From contig JBMNOL010000005.1 in NCBI GenBank assembly GCA_050943055.1, positions 1 through 58,607 of the forward strand: a stretch of 58,607 nucleotides of DNA, in the 5' to 3' direction. Shown one piece after another: positions 48,219 to 57,452 of the stretch. The position numbers and the translations under genes are program-made. Within the stretch, counting starts at the first letter, position 1. Each line of letters starts with the position of its first letter. The notes beneath the pieces were generated by a model, which did not search any database, was not told the origin of the DNA, and worked only from the letters and a program-made list of their open reading frames with translations. This stretch comes from Patescibacteria group bacterium. Its GTDB lineage: Bacteria; Patescibacteriota; Patescibacteriia; Patescibacteriales; UBA12465.

Positions 48219-49433
48219 ATGGCAGAAGTAAAACCGGAGATAGAGACTTTCGCAAAGATAAAAGTCGTCGGCGTTGGCGGCGGCGGCGGCAGTGCTATCA
48301 ACCGCATGGTTAACAGCGGCATTAAAGGTGTTGAATTCCTGGCTATCAACACTGATATTCAAGCTCTTCATTATAATAAAGCTAGCGAAAAGATTCATAT
48401 TGGTAAAACGGTTACCCGTGGTTTGGGTGCTGGGATGAACCCTGATTTAGGGAAGGCCGCTGCGGAGGAATCGGAAAATGAGATTAGAGAGGCTCTCCAA
48501 GGCTGTGATATGGTTTTTATTACTTGCGGCATGGGTGGAGGCACCGGTAGCGGCGCTTCACCGGTCGTTGCGAAAATTTCTAAAGAGTTGGGAGCATTAA
48601 CGGTAGCGGTAGTGACTAAACCGTTTGCTTTTGAGGGTGGACAAAGGAGAAACATTGCCGAGCGTGCCTTTACTGAATTAGCGGACAATGTTGACACGAT
48701 TATTACTATTTCTAACGATAAATTGTTGCAGGTGATTGATAAAAAGACTTCTCTTCTAGACGCTTTCAAGGTGGCTGATGATGTACTAAGACAAGGAGTT
48801 CAGGGGATTGCGGAAATTATTACTACCCCGGGAGCAATTAACGCTGACTTTGCTGACGTTAAAGCGGTTATGTCTAACGCCGGCTCCGCTCTGATGGGCA
48901 TCGGGCAGGCGAGTGGCGAAAATAGAGCCATTGAGGCGGCTAAAGGAGCAATTAATTCCAGCCTTCTAGATATTTCTATTGATGGAGCCAGGGGCATCGT
49001 TTTCACCATTACCGGCGGCCCGGATTTATCCATGACCGAGGTTAGTGAAGCTGCTAAAGTAATTACTGCGGCGGCCGATGAAGAAGCAAAAATTATTTTT
49101 GGGGCGGTGATTGATGAAAAATTAAAAGACGAAATTAAAGTAACGGTTGTGGCCACTGGTTTTGACAGTACCGCGCCGGCACCGTCGTCAATTAGTCGTC
49201 TAGATTCGGTTAAACCGGTTGGATCTTTAATCCCCGATTTTGATGAAGATTTACGCGATGATTTAAGCACTCACCCGGTAAAAGGAGTGGAAAAGAGTAA
49301 ATCAAAATTAGCTGCTTTTAAAAATACCACTTTAAAACCCGTTTTGGAAAAAAAGATGGAGCGCCCGGTTGAAAAAGATGATGAGGATGATGATTTAAGT
49401 GTTCCGGCTTTTATTCGCAAGAAAATGTTATAA
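48219..49433 (+). CDS. ftsZ: Cell division protein FtsZ
   Basis: [17 protein letters not shown], the tubulin signature [15 protein letters not shown], and a conserved C-terminal peptide ([12 protein letters not shown]). Confidence 0.98.
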   Translation: MAEVKPEIETFAKIKVVGVGGGGGSAINRMVNSGIKGVEFLAINTDIQALHYNKASEKIHIGKTVTRGLGAGMNPDLGKAAAEESENEIREALQGCDMVFITCGMGGGTGSGASPVVAKISKELGALTVAVVTKPFAFEGGQRRNIAERAFTELADNVDTIITISNDKLLQVIDKKTSLLDAFKVADDVLRQGVQGIAEIITTPGAINADFADVKAVMSNAGSALMGIGQASGENRAIEAAKGAINSSLLDISIDGARGIVFTITGGPDLSMTEVSEAAKVITAAADEEAKIIFGAVIDEKLKDEIKVTVVATGFDSTAPAPSSISRLDSVKPVGSLIPDFDEDLRDDLSTHPVKGVEKSKSKLAAFKNTTLKPVLEKKMERPVEKDDEDDDLSVPAFIRKKML

Positions 49434-49445
49434 GAAAATTAGTTA

Positions 49446-49473
49446 ACGCCCCCGGTTTTCCGGGGGCGTTTTT
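49446..49473 (+). terminator. Rho-independent terminator after ftsZ
   Basis: acgcccccgg-tttt-ccgggggcgt followed by tttt (10-bp GC-rich stem). Confidence 0.9.
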
Positions 49474-49616
49474 GCTATTCCTCTTTATTGGTGGCGGCTG
49501 TTTTCTTTGCTATAATAGGCTTATTGGCAAGATGTAGTATCTTAACTATCAGGCTAACCACCACATCTTGTCCCTTTTTTCTTGACAAACTGTTGGTTTT
49601 TTATTAATTTTTGCCT

Positions 49617-50075
49617 ATGAAGTGCCCAATTTGCTATTTTGATGACACTAAAGTCATTGATTCTCGCGCCGCAACTGATGGCTTATCTATTCGTCGTCGC
49701 CGAGAGTGTTTAAAATGTGGTTTTCGTTTTTCTACTTATGAAGAAGTGGAAATTTTGGATCTGATGATTGTAAAGCGGGATGGCCGTCGCGAATCTTATA
49801 ACCGAGAAAAACTTGTTTCCGGCCTCAAAAAAGCTTTAGAGAAAAGAGCGATTACCGAAGATGAATTTAAGCGCCTAGTTCATGCTATTGAACGGGAGCT
49901 GCAAAAGATGCGTAAAAATGAAATTACGTCTCAGCAGGTGGGGCAAGTGGCCATGAAACAACTCAAGAAAGTGGACCAAGTCGCCTATATTCGCTACGCC
50001 TCTGTTTATCAGCAATTTAAGGATGCCAACGAATTTAGAAAAGAGTTAAATAAATTGGTCAAAGATAAAAAATAG
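49617..50075 (+). CDS. nrdR: Transcriptional repressor NrdR
   Basis: MKCPICYFDDTKVIDSR...CLKCGFRFSTYE zinc ribbon plus an ATP-cone. I chose the ATG at 49617 over the TTG at 49611 used by the track. Confidence 0.95.
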   Translation: MKCPICYFDDTKVIDSRAATDGLSIRRRRECLKCGFRFSTYEEVEILDLMIVKRDGRRESYNREKLVSGLKKALEKRAITEDEFKRLVHAIERELQKMRKNEITSQQVGQVAMKQLKKVDQVAYIRYASVYQQFKDANEFRKELNKLVKDKK

Positions 50076-50169
50076 CTGCCTGGGTTAGGAGTAGGCTTGG
50101 CTATAAGAAGCGAGAAAAAAGTGTTAAACTAGTTACTAGTAACCGATGTTTAGATAAAGTATTTTTAAT

Positions 50170-50439
50170 ATGTTAAATGAGATTTTAGATTCCGAAAAAA
50201 AAGCTAACCCCTCTTTAGATCCTTCGTCTCCATTGACTTTGGAATTGATGGAAATAAAAAATGAGCAAAAGAAAATTTCTGATGATTTAGCTATAATTAA
50301 GCGTTTTATTAAGTGGCGTCAAGTCTGGTTATTGGTTCAGTTCTTAATGATCATCACCCCGATTATTCTAGGAGTTATTTTTTTACCGGGCTATTTAAAA
50401 GAGCTAATCGCCTCTTTGCCGGATAAACTTTATTATTAA
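50170..50439 (+). CDS. Hypothetical small membrane protein
   Basis: 89-aa ORF with one TM helix (VWLLVQFLMIITPIILGVIFL), ending 5 nt before the ATPase gene. Confidence 0.5.
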   Translation: MLNEILDSEKKANPSLDPSSPLTLELMEIKNEQKKISDDLAIIKRFIKWRQVWLLVQFLMIITPIILGVIFLPGYLKELIASLPDKLYY

Positions 50440-50444
50440 TTATT

Positions 50445-52385
50445 ATGTCTAATTCAGAAATTGCGGTTTTTGCTGAAACAACTTTCCGTAATCAACGAAA
50501 AAAGTTTGGCATTAAATCCGACGATCGCCGCCGGCACATGTATTTAATTGGGAAAACCGGCATGGGCAAATCTACGGTGTTGGAGAATATGATTATTGAC
50601 GACATTCGCGCCGGTCGCGGGGTGGCGGTGGTTGATCCTCATGGCGACTTAGCGGAAAAAGTAATGGCCTATATTCCTGAGGAGCGGGTTAAAGATGTGA
50701 TTTATTTTAATCCGGCGGATATTGATTACCCAATTGCTTTTAACGTCGTGGAGCAGGTTGACAGTCGTCTGCAGCATTTAGTCGCTTCCGGCTTAATCGG
50801 CGTTTTTCAAAAATTATGGGCTGATTCTTGGGGGCCGCGCTTAGAGTATATTTTACGCAATGCTATTTTAGCGATTTTAGATTATCCCGGTTCTACTCTT
50901 TTGGGCGTGGTGCGCATGCTTAGCGATAAACCTTACCGTAAGCGCGTCGTTGCCAATATTAAAGATCCGGTTGTTAAAGCTTTCTGGGAAAATGAGTTTA
51001 CCGGCTATGCCGATAAATTTGCCTCGGAAGCAGTCTCGCCGATTCAAAATAAAGTCGGTCAATTTTTATCTAGCTCGTTGATGCGTAATATTGTTGGGCA
51101 AATAAAATCTTCCATTGATTTACGTAAAGTAATGGATGAGGGAAAGATTTTAATATTAAATTTATCCAAAGGCCGTATCGGTGAAGATAATTCTGCTCTA
51201 CTAGGGGCAATGATGATTACTAAGATTCAGTTAGCGGCGATGAGCCGAGTGGATATTTCTGAAGAGCAGCGCCGGGATTTTTATTTATATATTGATGAGT
51301 TTCAGAATTTTTCTACCGATTCTTTTGCTAATATTTTATCGGAAGCGCGTAAGTATAGACTTAATTTGATTTTAGCTCATCAGTATATTGAGCAGTTAAA
51401 TGAAAAAGTTAAGCCGGCCGTTTTTGGTAACGTCGGCACGATGATTGTTTTTAGAGTCGGTGCGTCTGATGCTGAAGAATTAGCGAAGGAGTTTCTACCA
51501 ACTTTTAACGAGGAAGATTTGGTTAATTTGCCAAAATACGAAATGTATCTCAAGTTAATGATTGATGGTGTGGCCTCAATGCCATTTTCAGCGCGAGGAC
51601 TACCACCTTTATCTAAAGCCGAGCGCACCGGTCAAGAAGAGGCCGCGATTAAGTGGTCCAGGGATCATTATGCCACTCCTCGAGAGGAGGTTGAAGACCA
51701 AATTGTGCGTTGGTATCAAGCCAATGCTGAAGAGACCGCTTTAAATGAGCAGCGCATCATTCGCGAACGGGCGGTTTCTACTTCTAACTCTAAAGAAACT
51801 TCTGCACTGGAAGGCTTTCCTTCAATTTGCGCTCTTTGCGGCACGACCACCTATACTCCTTTTGAGCCAGATGGGGTGCGGCCAGTTTTTTGTAAGCAGT
51901 GCTTGAGTAAGAAAAAAGAAGAACGCCGTCAAGAGTTAGAAAAAAAGGCTCTACCTTTTAATACTCCTAAGATAATCACCAGCGGCCATCAAACTCCCAT
52001 CTCCTTGGCCTCACAATCAGTGTCAGCACCTCGGTTACCAAGACGACCGGTAGCGGCTTCGACTAAGAGTCAAGCTGTTAATTATCAGAAAGCTTCAATC
52101 GGCGTAACTCCCGCCAAAAAGTCTAATCCTCTGAAGGTCCGTCCTTTTACGCCATCCGCAATGGAACCCTTTCTCGACAAACAGGTGAGCGGTCCCGCCC
52201 TGTCTCTTTCCGATTTAGCGCAGGCAACTTTACGGGATTTTAAAGGACAACCACAGAAACCAACCGAAAAGCCGGCCTCTGCTTCTCTTAAAAAAAGTTC
52301 TTATTTAGAATCGCCGATTTTAGATAATTGGCCGAGCGGCGAGGATTTAGAGGCAGACGAAGAAATTGATTTTACTAAAAAATGA
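50445..52385 (+). CDS. Soluble TraD/TraG/VirD4-like (type IV coupling protein-like) P-loop ATPase with a CxxC-x20-CxxC zinc ribbon and a disordered C-terminal tail
   Basis: Walker A (GKTGMGKST), Walker B (FYLYIDEFQNF) and an AHQ...QL motif. There is no N-terminal TM segment. The zinc ribbon CALCGTTTYTPFEPDGVRPVFCKQC is at 51828-51902. Confidence 0.7.
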   Translation: MSNSEIAVFAETTFRNQRKKFGIKSDDRRRHMYLIGKTGMGKSTVLENMIIDDIRAGRGVAVVDPHGDLAEKVMAYIPEERVKDVIYFNPADIDYPIAFNVVEQVDSRLQHLVASGLIGVFQKLWADSWGPRLEYILRNAILAILDYPGSTLLGVVRMLSDKPYRKRVVANIKDPVVKAFWENEFTGYADKFASEAVSPIQNKVGQFLSSSLMRNIVGQIKSSIDLRKVMDEGKILILNLSKGRIGEDNSALLGAMMITKIQLAAMSRVDISEEQRRDFYLYIDEFQNFSTDSFANILSEARKYRLNLILAHQYIEQLNEKVKPAVFGNVGTMIVFRVGASDAEELAKEFLPTFNEEDLVNLPKYEMYLKLMIDGVASMPFSARGLPPLSKAERTGQEEAAIKWSRDHYATPREEVEDQIVRWYQANAEETALNEQRIIRERAVSTSNSKETSALEGFPSICALCGTTTYTPFEPDGVRPVFCKQCLSKKKEERRQELEKKALPFNTPKIITSGHQTPISLASQSVSAPRLPRRPVAASTKSQAVNYQKASIGVTPAKKSNPLKVRPFTPSAMEPFLDKQVSGPALSLSDLAQATLRDFKGQPQKPTEKPASASLKKSSYLESPILDNWPSGEDLEADEEIDFTKK

Positions 52386-52410
52386 TTCTGACTGATTGCC
52401 CTAAAATTTT

Positions 52411-52986
52411 ATGTATTTATTTTTTGATACCGAAACGACCGGTTTGCCGCAAAATTATAAAGCCCCCGTCTCCGACTCTGAGAATTGGCCTCGACTCGTG
52501 CAGTTGGCCTGGCTTTGGTATGACGCCGAGGGTAATAAGTGGGAGAGTTATAATTTTATTATCAAACCCGAAGGTTTTGTAATTCCCGAAGAGGCGTCTA
52601 AAATTCATCGCATTAGCCAAGAGCGAGCCCTAAAAGAAGGGCGCCCTTTAAAAGAGGTTTTGGATTTTTTTACTGAAGAGGTTAATAAAGCTAGTTTTGT
52701 TATTGGTCATAATATTGATTTTGATTACCACATTCTGGGTGCTGAATATTATCGTTTAGGCAAAAAAAATCCTTTAGATACTGCGACTCAAATTTGTACC
52801 ATGAAAAGTAGTGTTAATTTTTGCGCCATCGCCAATGGTCGCGGCGGTTATAAGTGGCCTAATTTAAATGAACTCCATTATCGTTTATTTAATAAAGATT
52901 TTGAAGACGCTCATGATGCGCTGGTTGATGTTGAGGCGACGGCCCGCTGTTTTTTTGCTTTAAAAAGGGAGGGCATTATTAACTAA
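52411..52986 (+). CDS. DEDDh 3'-5' exonuclease (DnaQ/epsilon-like)
   Basis: Exo I (FFDTETTG), Exo II (GHNIDFDYHIL) and Exo III (HDALVDVEA). Confidence 0.88.
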   Translation: MYLFFDTETTGLPQNYKAPVSDSENWPRLVQLAWLWYDAEGNKWESYNFIIKPEGFVIPEEASKIHRISQERALKEGRPLKEVLDFFTEEVNKASFVIGHNIDFDYHILGAEYYRLGKKNPLDTATQICTMKSSVNFCAIANGRGGYKWPNLNELHYRLFNKDFEDAHDALVDVEATARCFFALKREGIIN

Positions 52987-52990
52987 AAAC

Positions 52991-54583
52991 ATGACTGATT
53001 ATTTAAAAATTGGCCGAGCCACTGAACTGACCGGTCGCGACTATCGCTTTTATCGATTCTTAGAATCCCTGCCGGGCATTTTATCCTTAGGGACGCTTTT
53101 AATTTTAACGGTTTTGTCTTATTTCAGGCCGAGCTGGGTGGCTTATTTTATGATCGCCTTTGATACTTATTGGTTGATTCAGGTTTTGTATATGGCGATT
53201 TATTTAGTTGTTTCTTATCGCAATGTTCAGAAAAATAAAAAAATTAATTGGCCCGAGCGTTGCCAAACTCTAAGTGTGAATACACCAGATTTGCCGGCTG
53301 ACTGTTTAGCTAAAAAGGGGCTCGCCTGGACCGATGTTTATCAGTTAATTATTCTGCCTACTTATAATGAAGATATTAGTATCATTAGAACCGCTTTGGA
53401 TTCTATTAAACAGCCTGCCTGGCCTAAAGATCGCATGATTGTGACTGTGGCCATGGAAGAAAGAGCTGGAGAAGCGGCGCGAGAACGCGCTCAGCAAATT
53501 CAGGCGGAGTATGGCGATAGTTTTGGCCACTTTATTATTACTTTTCACCCCGATGGAATTGTCGGCGAGATTAAAGGAAAAGGAGCTAATCAGGCTTGGG
53601 CTGGTCGTCAGGTAAAAAAAGATATTATTGATCCGCAAAATATTCCCTATGACAATATTTTAGTTTCAGTTTTTGATATTGATACCGTTATTAGCCCCGA
53701 TTATTTTTTCCTATTGACTTATAAATTTTTAACCGTTTCACGTCCGTATCGTGCCTCTTATCAGCCGGTGCCTTTGTATCATAATAATATTTGGTCGGCC
53801 CCTTTTTTCTCCCGCGTTTCCGCCGCTTCAAATACTTTTTGGCAGATGATGATGCAGGTTCGTCAAGACAAGTTGGTTACTTATTCGTCTCATTCTATGA
53901 CTTGGCGCGCTTTAACTGATATTGATTTTTGGTCGCCAAAAATGGTCAGCGAAGATTCACGGATTTTTTTTCACTGTTTAATGCACTATGAAGGTGATTA
54001 TCGCACCGAGCCTTTATATACCACCATTTCCATGGATATTACGGCTGATAAAGATTTTAAATCAACAGCCGTTAGTTTGTATAAACAACAGCGACGTTGG
54101 GCTTGGGGCGCCGAAAATGTTGCCTATCTGGTATTTAATTATTTTAAATTACCAAAAAAGACGCCACAACGTAAAAAAGTTTTTAAACAAATTTGGGTTC
54201 AATTATACGGTTTTCATTCTTGGGGCACCAGCGCTTTAATCATCGGCGTTATCGGTTGGCTACCGGTGCTCTTAGGCGGGGCCAGATTTGATGGCACGGT
54301 TTTGTCCGGTAATTTGCCGGCGGTGACCTCATTTCTAATGAACTTGGCAATGGTGGGAATGATTCTTTCCGCGCTTGTTTCTAGTTTGCTCCTGCCTAAA
54401 AGGCCTAAGGAGTATTCGCGCTTCAAAAAAATTGGCTTAGTGTTGGAGTGGATTTTTGTTCCGGTTAATATTGTTATTTTCGGCGCCATCCCCTGTCTTG
54501 ATGCGCAAATTCGCTTAATGCTCGGTAAATACATGGGCTTTTGGGTGACTCCTAAAATTCGGCTTAAAGAAGAAAATGGTTAG
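52991..54583 (+). CDS. Membrane-embedded family 2 glycosyltransferase (processive, synthase-like)
   Basis: Motifs ILPTYNED, FDIDTV and QQRRWAWG (QxxRW). TM helices flank the catalytic domain. Confidence 0.8.
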   Translation: MTDYLKIGRATELTGRDYRFYRFLESLPGILSLGTLLILTVLSYFRPSWVAYFMIAFDTYWLIQVLYMAIYLVVSYRNVQKNKKINWPERCQTLSVNTPDLPADCLAKKGLAWTDVYQLIILPTYNEDISIIRTALDSIKQPAWPKDRMIVTVAMEERAGEAARERAQQIQAEYGDSFGHFIITFHPDGIVGEIKGKGANQAWAGRQVKKDIIDPQNIPYDNILVSVFDIDTVISPDYFFLLTYKFLTVSRPYRASYQPVPLYHNNIWSAPFFSRVSAASNTFWQMMMQVRQDKLVTYSSHSMTWRALTDIDFWSPKMVSEDSRIFFHCLMHYEGDYRTEPLYTTISMDITADKDFKSTAVSLYKQQRRWAWGAENVAYLVFNYFKLPKKTPQRKKVFKQIWVQLYGFHSWGTSALIIGVIGWLPVLLGGARFDGTVLSGNLPAVTSFLMNLAMVGMILSALVSSLLLPKRPKEYSRFKKIGLVLEWIFVPVNIVIFGAIPCLDAQIRLMLGKYMGFWVTPKIRLKEENG

Positions 54584-54625
54584 ATGCTTAAAAATTTGCT
54601 ATCATAAAAATACTTTTTTAAAGCC

Positions 54626-55054
54626 ATGGGTAAGTTAAACAAATATCCACCCTCTCGCTTGTCCAGGGGGGCCAAAAAACAGTCTTTCTGGCGGCAATTT
54701 TTTAGCAGCCAGCGCCTTCTAGCGTTAATTTTTTTGCTTGTTTTAATCGCTGTCTCCATACCGCTTTTAAAAACCGCCACCCAAAATCGGGCGATTGATA
54801 AAGAAATTGCGGCCCTTAAAGAGCAGAATGAAGCTTATCTTTCTAAAAGCGCGGAGCTAAAAGAATTGGTTGATTATTTGCAGTCCGATGAGAGCTTAGA
54901 GGAGCGCGCGCGTTTAAATCAGGGTTTAAAAAAGCCGAACGAAACTGTCGTGGTGGTAAATATTCCTGACACTCCTTCCAAAAATAATGAAGTGGTGGTC
55001 GCCGATACCAGAACCGCCAATTGGAATCGCTGGTTAGCTTACTTCTTCCATTAA
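54626..55054 (+). CDS. Septum formation initiator (FtsB/DivIC family) protein
   Basis: A single TM helix, then a coiled coil (IDKEIAALKEQNEAYLSKSAELKELV) and ERARLNQGLKKPNE. Confidence 0.6.
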   Translation: MGKLNKYPPSRLSRGAKKQSFWRQFFSSQRLLALIFLLVLIAVSIPLLKTATQNRAIDKEIAALKEQNEAYLSKSAELKELVDYLQSDESLEERARLNQGLKKPNETVVVVNIPDTPSKNNEVVVADTRTANWNRWLAYFFH

Positions 55055-55083
55055 AAAAACCGGGTTCACCGGTTTTAAAAATG

Positions 55084-55156
55084 AGCCGAGGATGGGGATC
55101 GAACCCACGACCTGCGCGTTACGAGTGCGCTGCTCTACCAACTGAGCCACCTCGGC
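55084..55156 (-). tRNA. tRNA-Thr (anticodon CGU)
   Basis: The minus strand reads gccgagg-tg-gctc-agttggta-gagc-a-gcgca-CTCGTAA-cgcgc-aggtc-gtggg-ttcgatc-cccat-cctcggc-t. This is a 73-nt cloverleaf with the T-loop GTTCGATC. CCA is not encoded. Confidence 0.9.
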
Positions 55157-55206
55157 ACTGCCTTGATTATAAAAGGAAGACTCTCCTTAGTCAACTAAAA
55201 ATATAT

Positions 55207-56760
55207 ATGCGGAAAAATAAATTAACCTTAAAAAAATCTACTTTATTAATAATTTTAGCTTCGCTTTTTGGTGCTTATATTTTTTTGCCGCTGCCGGTTG
55301 CCGCTAATTCTCAAATTAGCGCAGCACTTACGGTTGCTGGCCCGGGAGAGTCTTTTCTTGCGGCTGATTTTGTCCGCTCTGATGAAAAACCAATTTCCGT
55401 TCTCGCTCAAATAGGCCCTTTAACTCCGCCTTGGGATTTTGTCGCTCTGACTCCAATTTATCAAGTCAGTTTGCCTGAGGGAAAATTAAAGCCCGGCGAA
55501 ACTTATGGCGTGGAATTAGATTATCCGGCTAATCCGGAAACTGATAACCTCTATAAGCAAGTTTTTTTCTTTGATCGCTTTACTAATAATTGGCATCCGC
55601 TGCCGACTATTGAAAATCCGCAGAGGCGGGTGGTGCGCGCTCAAGTTCCTTTTTCTTTTGTGCGCTTGGCAGTTTTAGCCAATGAAAAAGTTTTAGCTAC
55701 CGGTCAGGCTAGTTGGTACGCCTATAAAGGCGGGATGTTTGCCGCTTCGCCAGATTATGCCAAAGGTAGTGTGTTGCGGGTTCATAATTTAGATAACGGC
55801 AAGTTTGTTGACGTGACTGTTAATGATTATGGCCCTAATCGTACCTTGCACCCTAATCGGGTAATTGATCTAGATAAACAAGCTTTCCAAAAAATTGCCT
55901 CTTTAAGTGAGGGGTTAATTAACGTTAAAGTTGAGCCACTAAGATCTCTTGATCCGGTAATTAATCTCGTGCGGCCGGCGGGTGGTGAGCCACGTTTAGC
56001 GGGTTGGTCAGGAATTGTGATGGACGCCAAAACCGGGGAAGTCTTGTGGGAGAAAGATAGTCAGACGGTAAAGCCGCTAGCCTCTTTATCTAAACTAGTG
56101 GCGGCGCAAGTTTTTTTAGACACCAATCCCGATTTAGAAACAGTGGTCACTTATAAACTTCAAGACGAAGAATATAATTATGAACATTGTGAGCCCTGGG
56201 AGTCGGCGCGCCTGCACCTTAAGGAAGGGGACACTTTAACTCTAAAAGATTTACTTTATTCGGCTTTAGTCGGGTCGGCCAACAATGCCGTCGAAACTTT
56301 AGTGCGCTCTAGCGGCCTAAGTCGGCCGGAGTTTATTAAGCGCATGAACGAAAAAGTGGCTGCTTGGGGAGCAACTAGTACGAGCTTTATTGAACCGACC
56401 GGTTTAGCGCCGGCTAATGTGAGCTCTCCTTACGATTATGCTATAATAAGCAAAGAGGTTTTGAAGAATCCTTTAATTCAGAAAATTTCGACCACCGCCA
56501 ATTATAATTTTTTGACTTTAAACACTAAAGAAAGTCATCGTTTAAAAAATACTAATCCGTGGGTAGGGCAAAATCTTTATAATTTGGGAGGAACCAAGAC
56601 TGGTTACTTGCACGAGTCTTTATACTGTTTAATGAATAAGGTTACAACTAAGTCGGGCGCTGAGTTAATTGCTGTTAATTTTGGTTCGCCGACTCGGGCC
56701 GCTAGCTTTACTGATAATGATCAACTTATTCAATACGGAACACGTTTATTAAGCCAATAA
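55207..56760 (+). CDS. Fusion of an RlpA-like double-psi beta-barrel domain and a D-alanyl-D-alanine carboxypeptidase (S11)
   Basis: Signal or TM segment, then the RlpA-like GQASWYAYKGGMFAAS...VHNLDNGKFVDVTVNDYGP. The SxxK (SLSKL), SxN (SANN) and KTG (KTGY) boxes follow. I used the ATG at 55207 because the track start at 55021 runs across the tRNA-Thr gene. Confidence 0.8.
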   Translation: MRKNKLTLKKSTLLIILASLFGAYIFLPLPVAANSQISAALTVAGPGESFLAADFVRSDEKPISVLAQIGPLTPPWDFVALTPIYQVSLPEGKLKPGETYGVELDYPANPETDNLYKQVFFFDRFTNNWHPLPTIENPQRRVVRAQVPFSFVRLAVLANEKVLATGQASWYAYKGGMFAASPDYAKGSVLRVHNLDNGKFVDVTVNDYGPNRTLHPNRVIDLDKQAFQKIASLSEGLINVKVEPLRSLDPVINLVRPAGGEPRLAGWSGIVMDAKTGEVLWEKDSQTVKPLASLSKLVAAQVFLDTNPDLETVVTYKLQDEEYNYEHCEPWESARLHLKEGDTLTLKDLLYSALVGSANNAVETLVRSSGLSRPEFIKRMNEKVAAWGATSTSFIEPTGLAPANVSSPYDYAIISKEVLKNPLIQKISTTANYNFLTLNTKESHRLKNTNPWVGQNLYNLGGTKTGYLHESLYCLMNKVTTKSGAELIAVNFGSPTRAASFTDNDQLIQYGTRLLSQ

Positions 56761-56766
56761 TCCGAT

Positions 56767-57447
56767 ATGATTACTTTTGAAAAAGTTTATAAATCTTACG
56801 GTCAAAAAAATCCGGTTTTGCGAGATATTAATCTTCATATTAAGCCTGGCGAATTTGTTTCCATTGTCGGGCAATCCGGGGCCGGAAAAACAACGCTCTC
56901 GCGTATTTTAATTGGCGAGGAGCGCGTAGATTCAGGACGGGTTTTAGTTGGTGATTGGGATATTACCAGGATTAGTCGTGGCGATGTCTCTTTTCTGCGT
57001 CGGCAAATTGGCGTTATTTTTCAAGACTTTAAATTGCTACCCAAAAAAACTTTATCGGAAAATATTGCTTTTGCTCTTGAGGCCTGCGGGGCTTCCAGTG
57101 CCAAAATAAAAAAGATTGTTCCTAGTGTTTTAAAAATTGTCGGCTTGGAAGGCAAGGGGAATCGTTATCCACGAGAAGTTTCCGGCGGGGAAAAACAACG
57201 GGCGGCCATTGCTAGGGCTTTAGTTCACCAACCGAAAATTTTATTAGCCGATGAGCCCACTGGAAATCTGGATGCAATTAATGCTAATGAAATTATTAAT
57301 TTGCTTTTAAAAATAAATCAATTTGGGACAACAGTTGTTTTGGTTACCCATAATAAAGAAATAGTTAATCAGTTGCGCCACCGGGTTATTACTATGGACC
57401 GGGGGGTAATTATTAGTGATAAAGAGCGAGGCAAATATTTTCTCTAA
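56767..57447 (+). CDS. ftsE: Cell division ATP-binding protein FtsE
   Basis: Walker A (GQSGAGKTT), ABC signature (SGGEKQR) and Walker B (LLADEPTG). Confidence 0.95.
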   Translation: MITFEKVYKSYGQKNPVLRDINLHIKPGEFVSIVGQSGAGKTTLSRILIGEERVDSGRVLVGDWDITRISRGDVSFLRRQIGVIFQDFKLLPKKTLSENIAFALEACGASSAKIKKIVPSVLKIVGLEGKGNRYPREVSGGEKQRAAIARALVHQPKILLADEPTGNLDAINANEIINLLLKINQFGTTVVLVTHNKEIVNQLRHRVITMDRGVIISDKERGKYFL

Positions 57448-57452
57448 AATTT

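Noticed and set aside
48395-49270. Antisense ORFs of 124 and 156 aa inside ftsZ. Similar antisense or off-frame ORFs occur inside gyrA, hisS, ruvB, secD, the GT2 gene and ftsX.
   Set aside because: Each lies within a confidently identified conserved gene and has low-complexity composition typical of shadow frames, with no motif support.
55021-55206. The N-terminal 62 codons of the track ORF 55021-56760.
   Set aside because: This stretch runs antisense across the tRNA-Thr gene (55084-55156). A start at 55207 (MRKNKLTLKK plus a hydrophobic helix) gives a normal signal/anchor.
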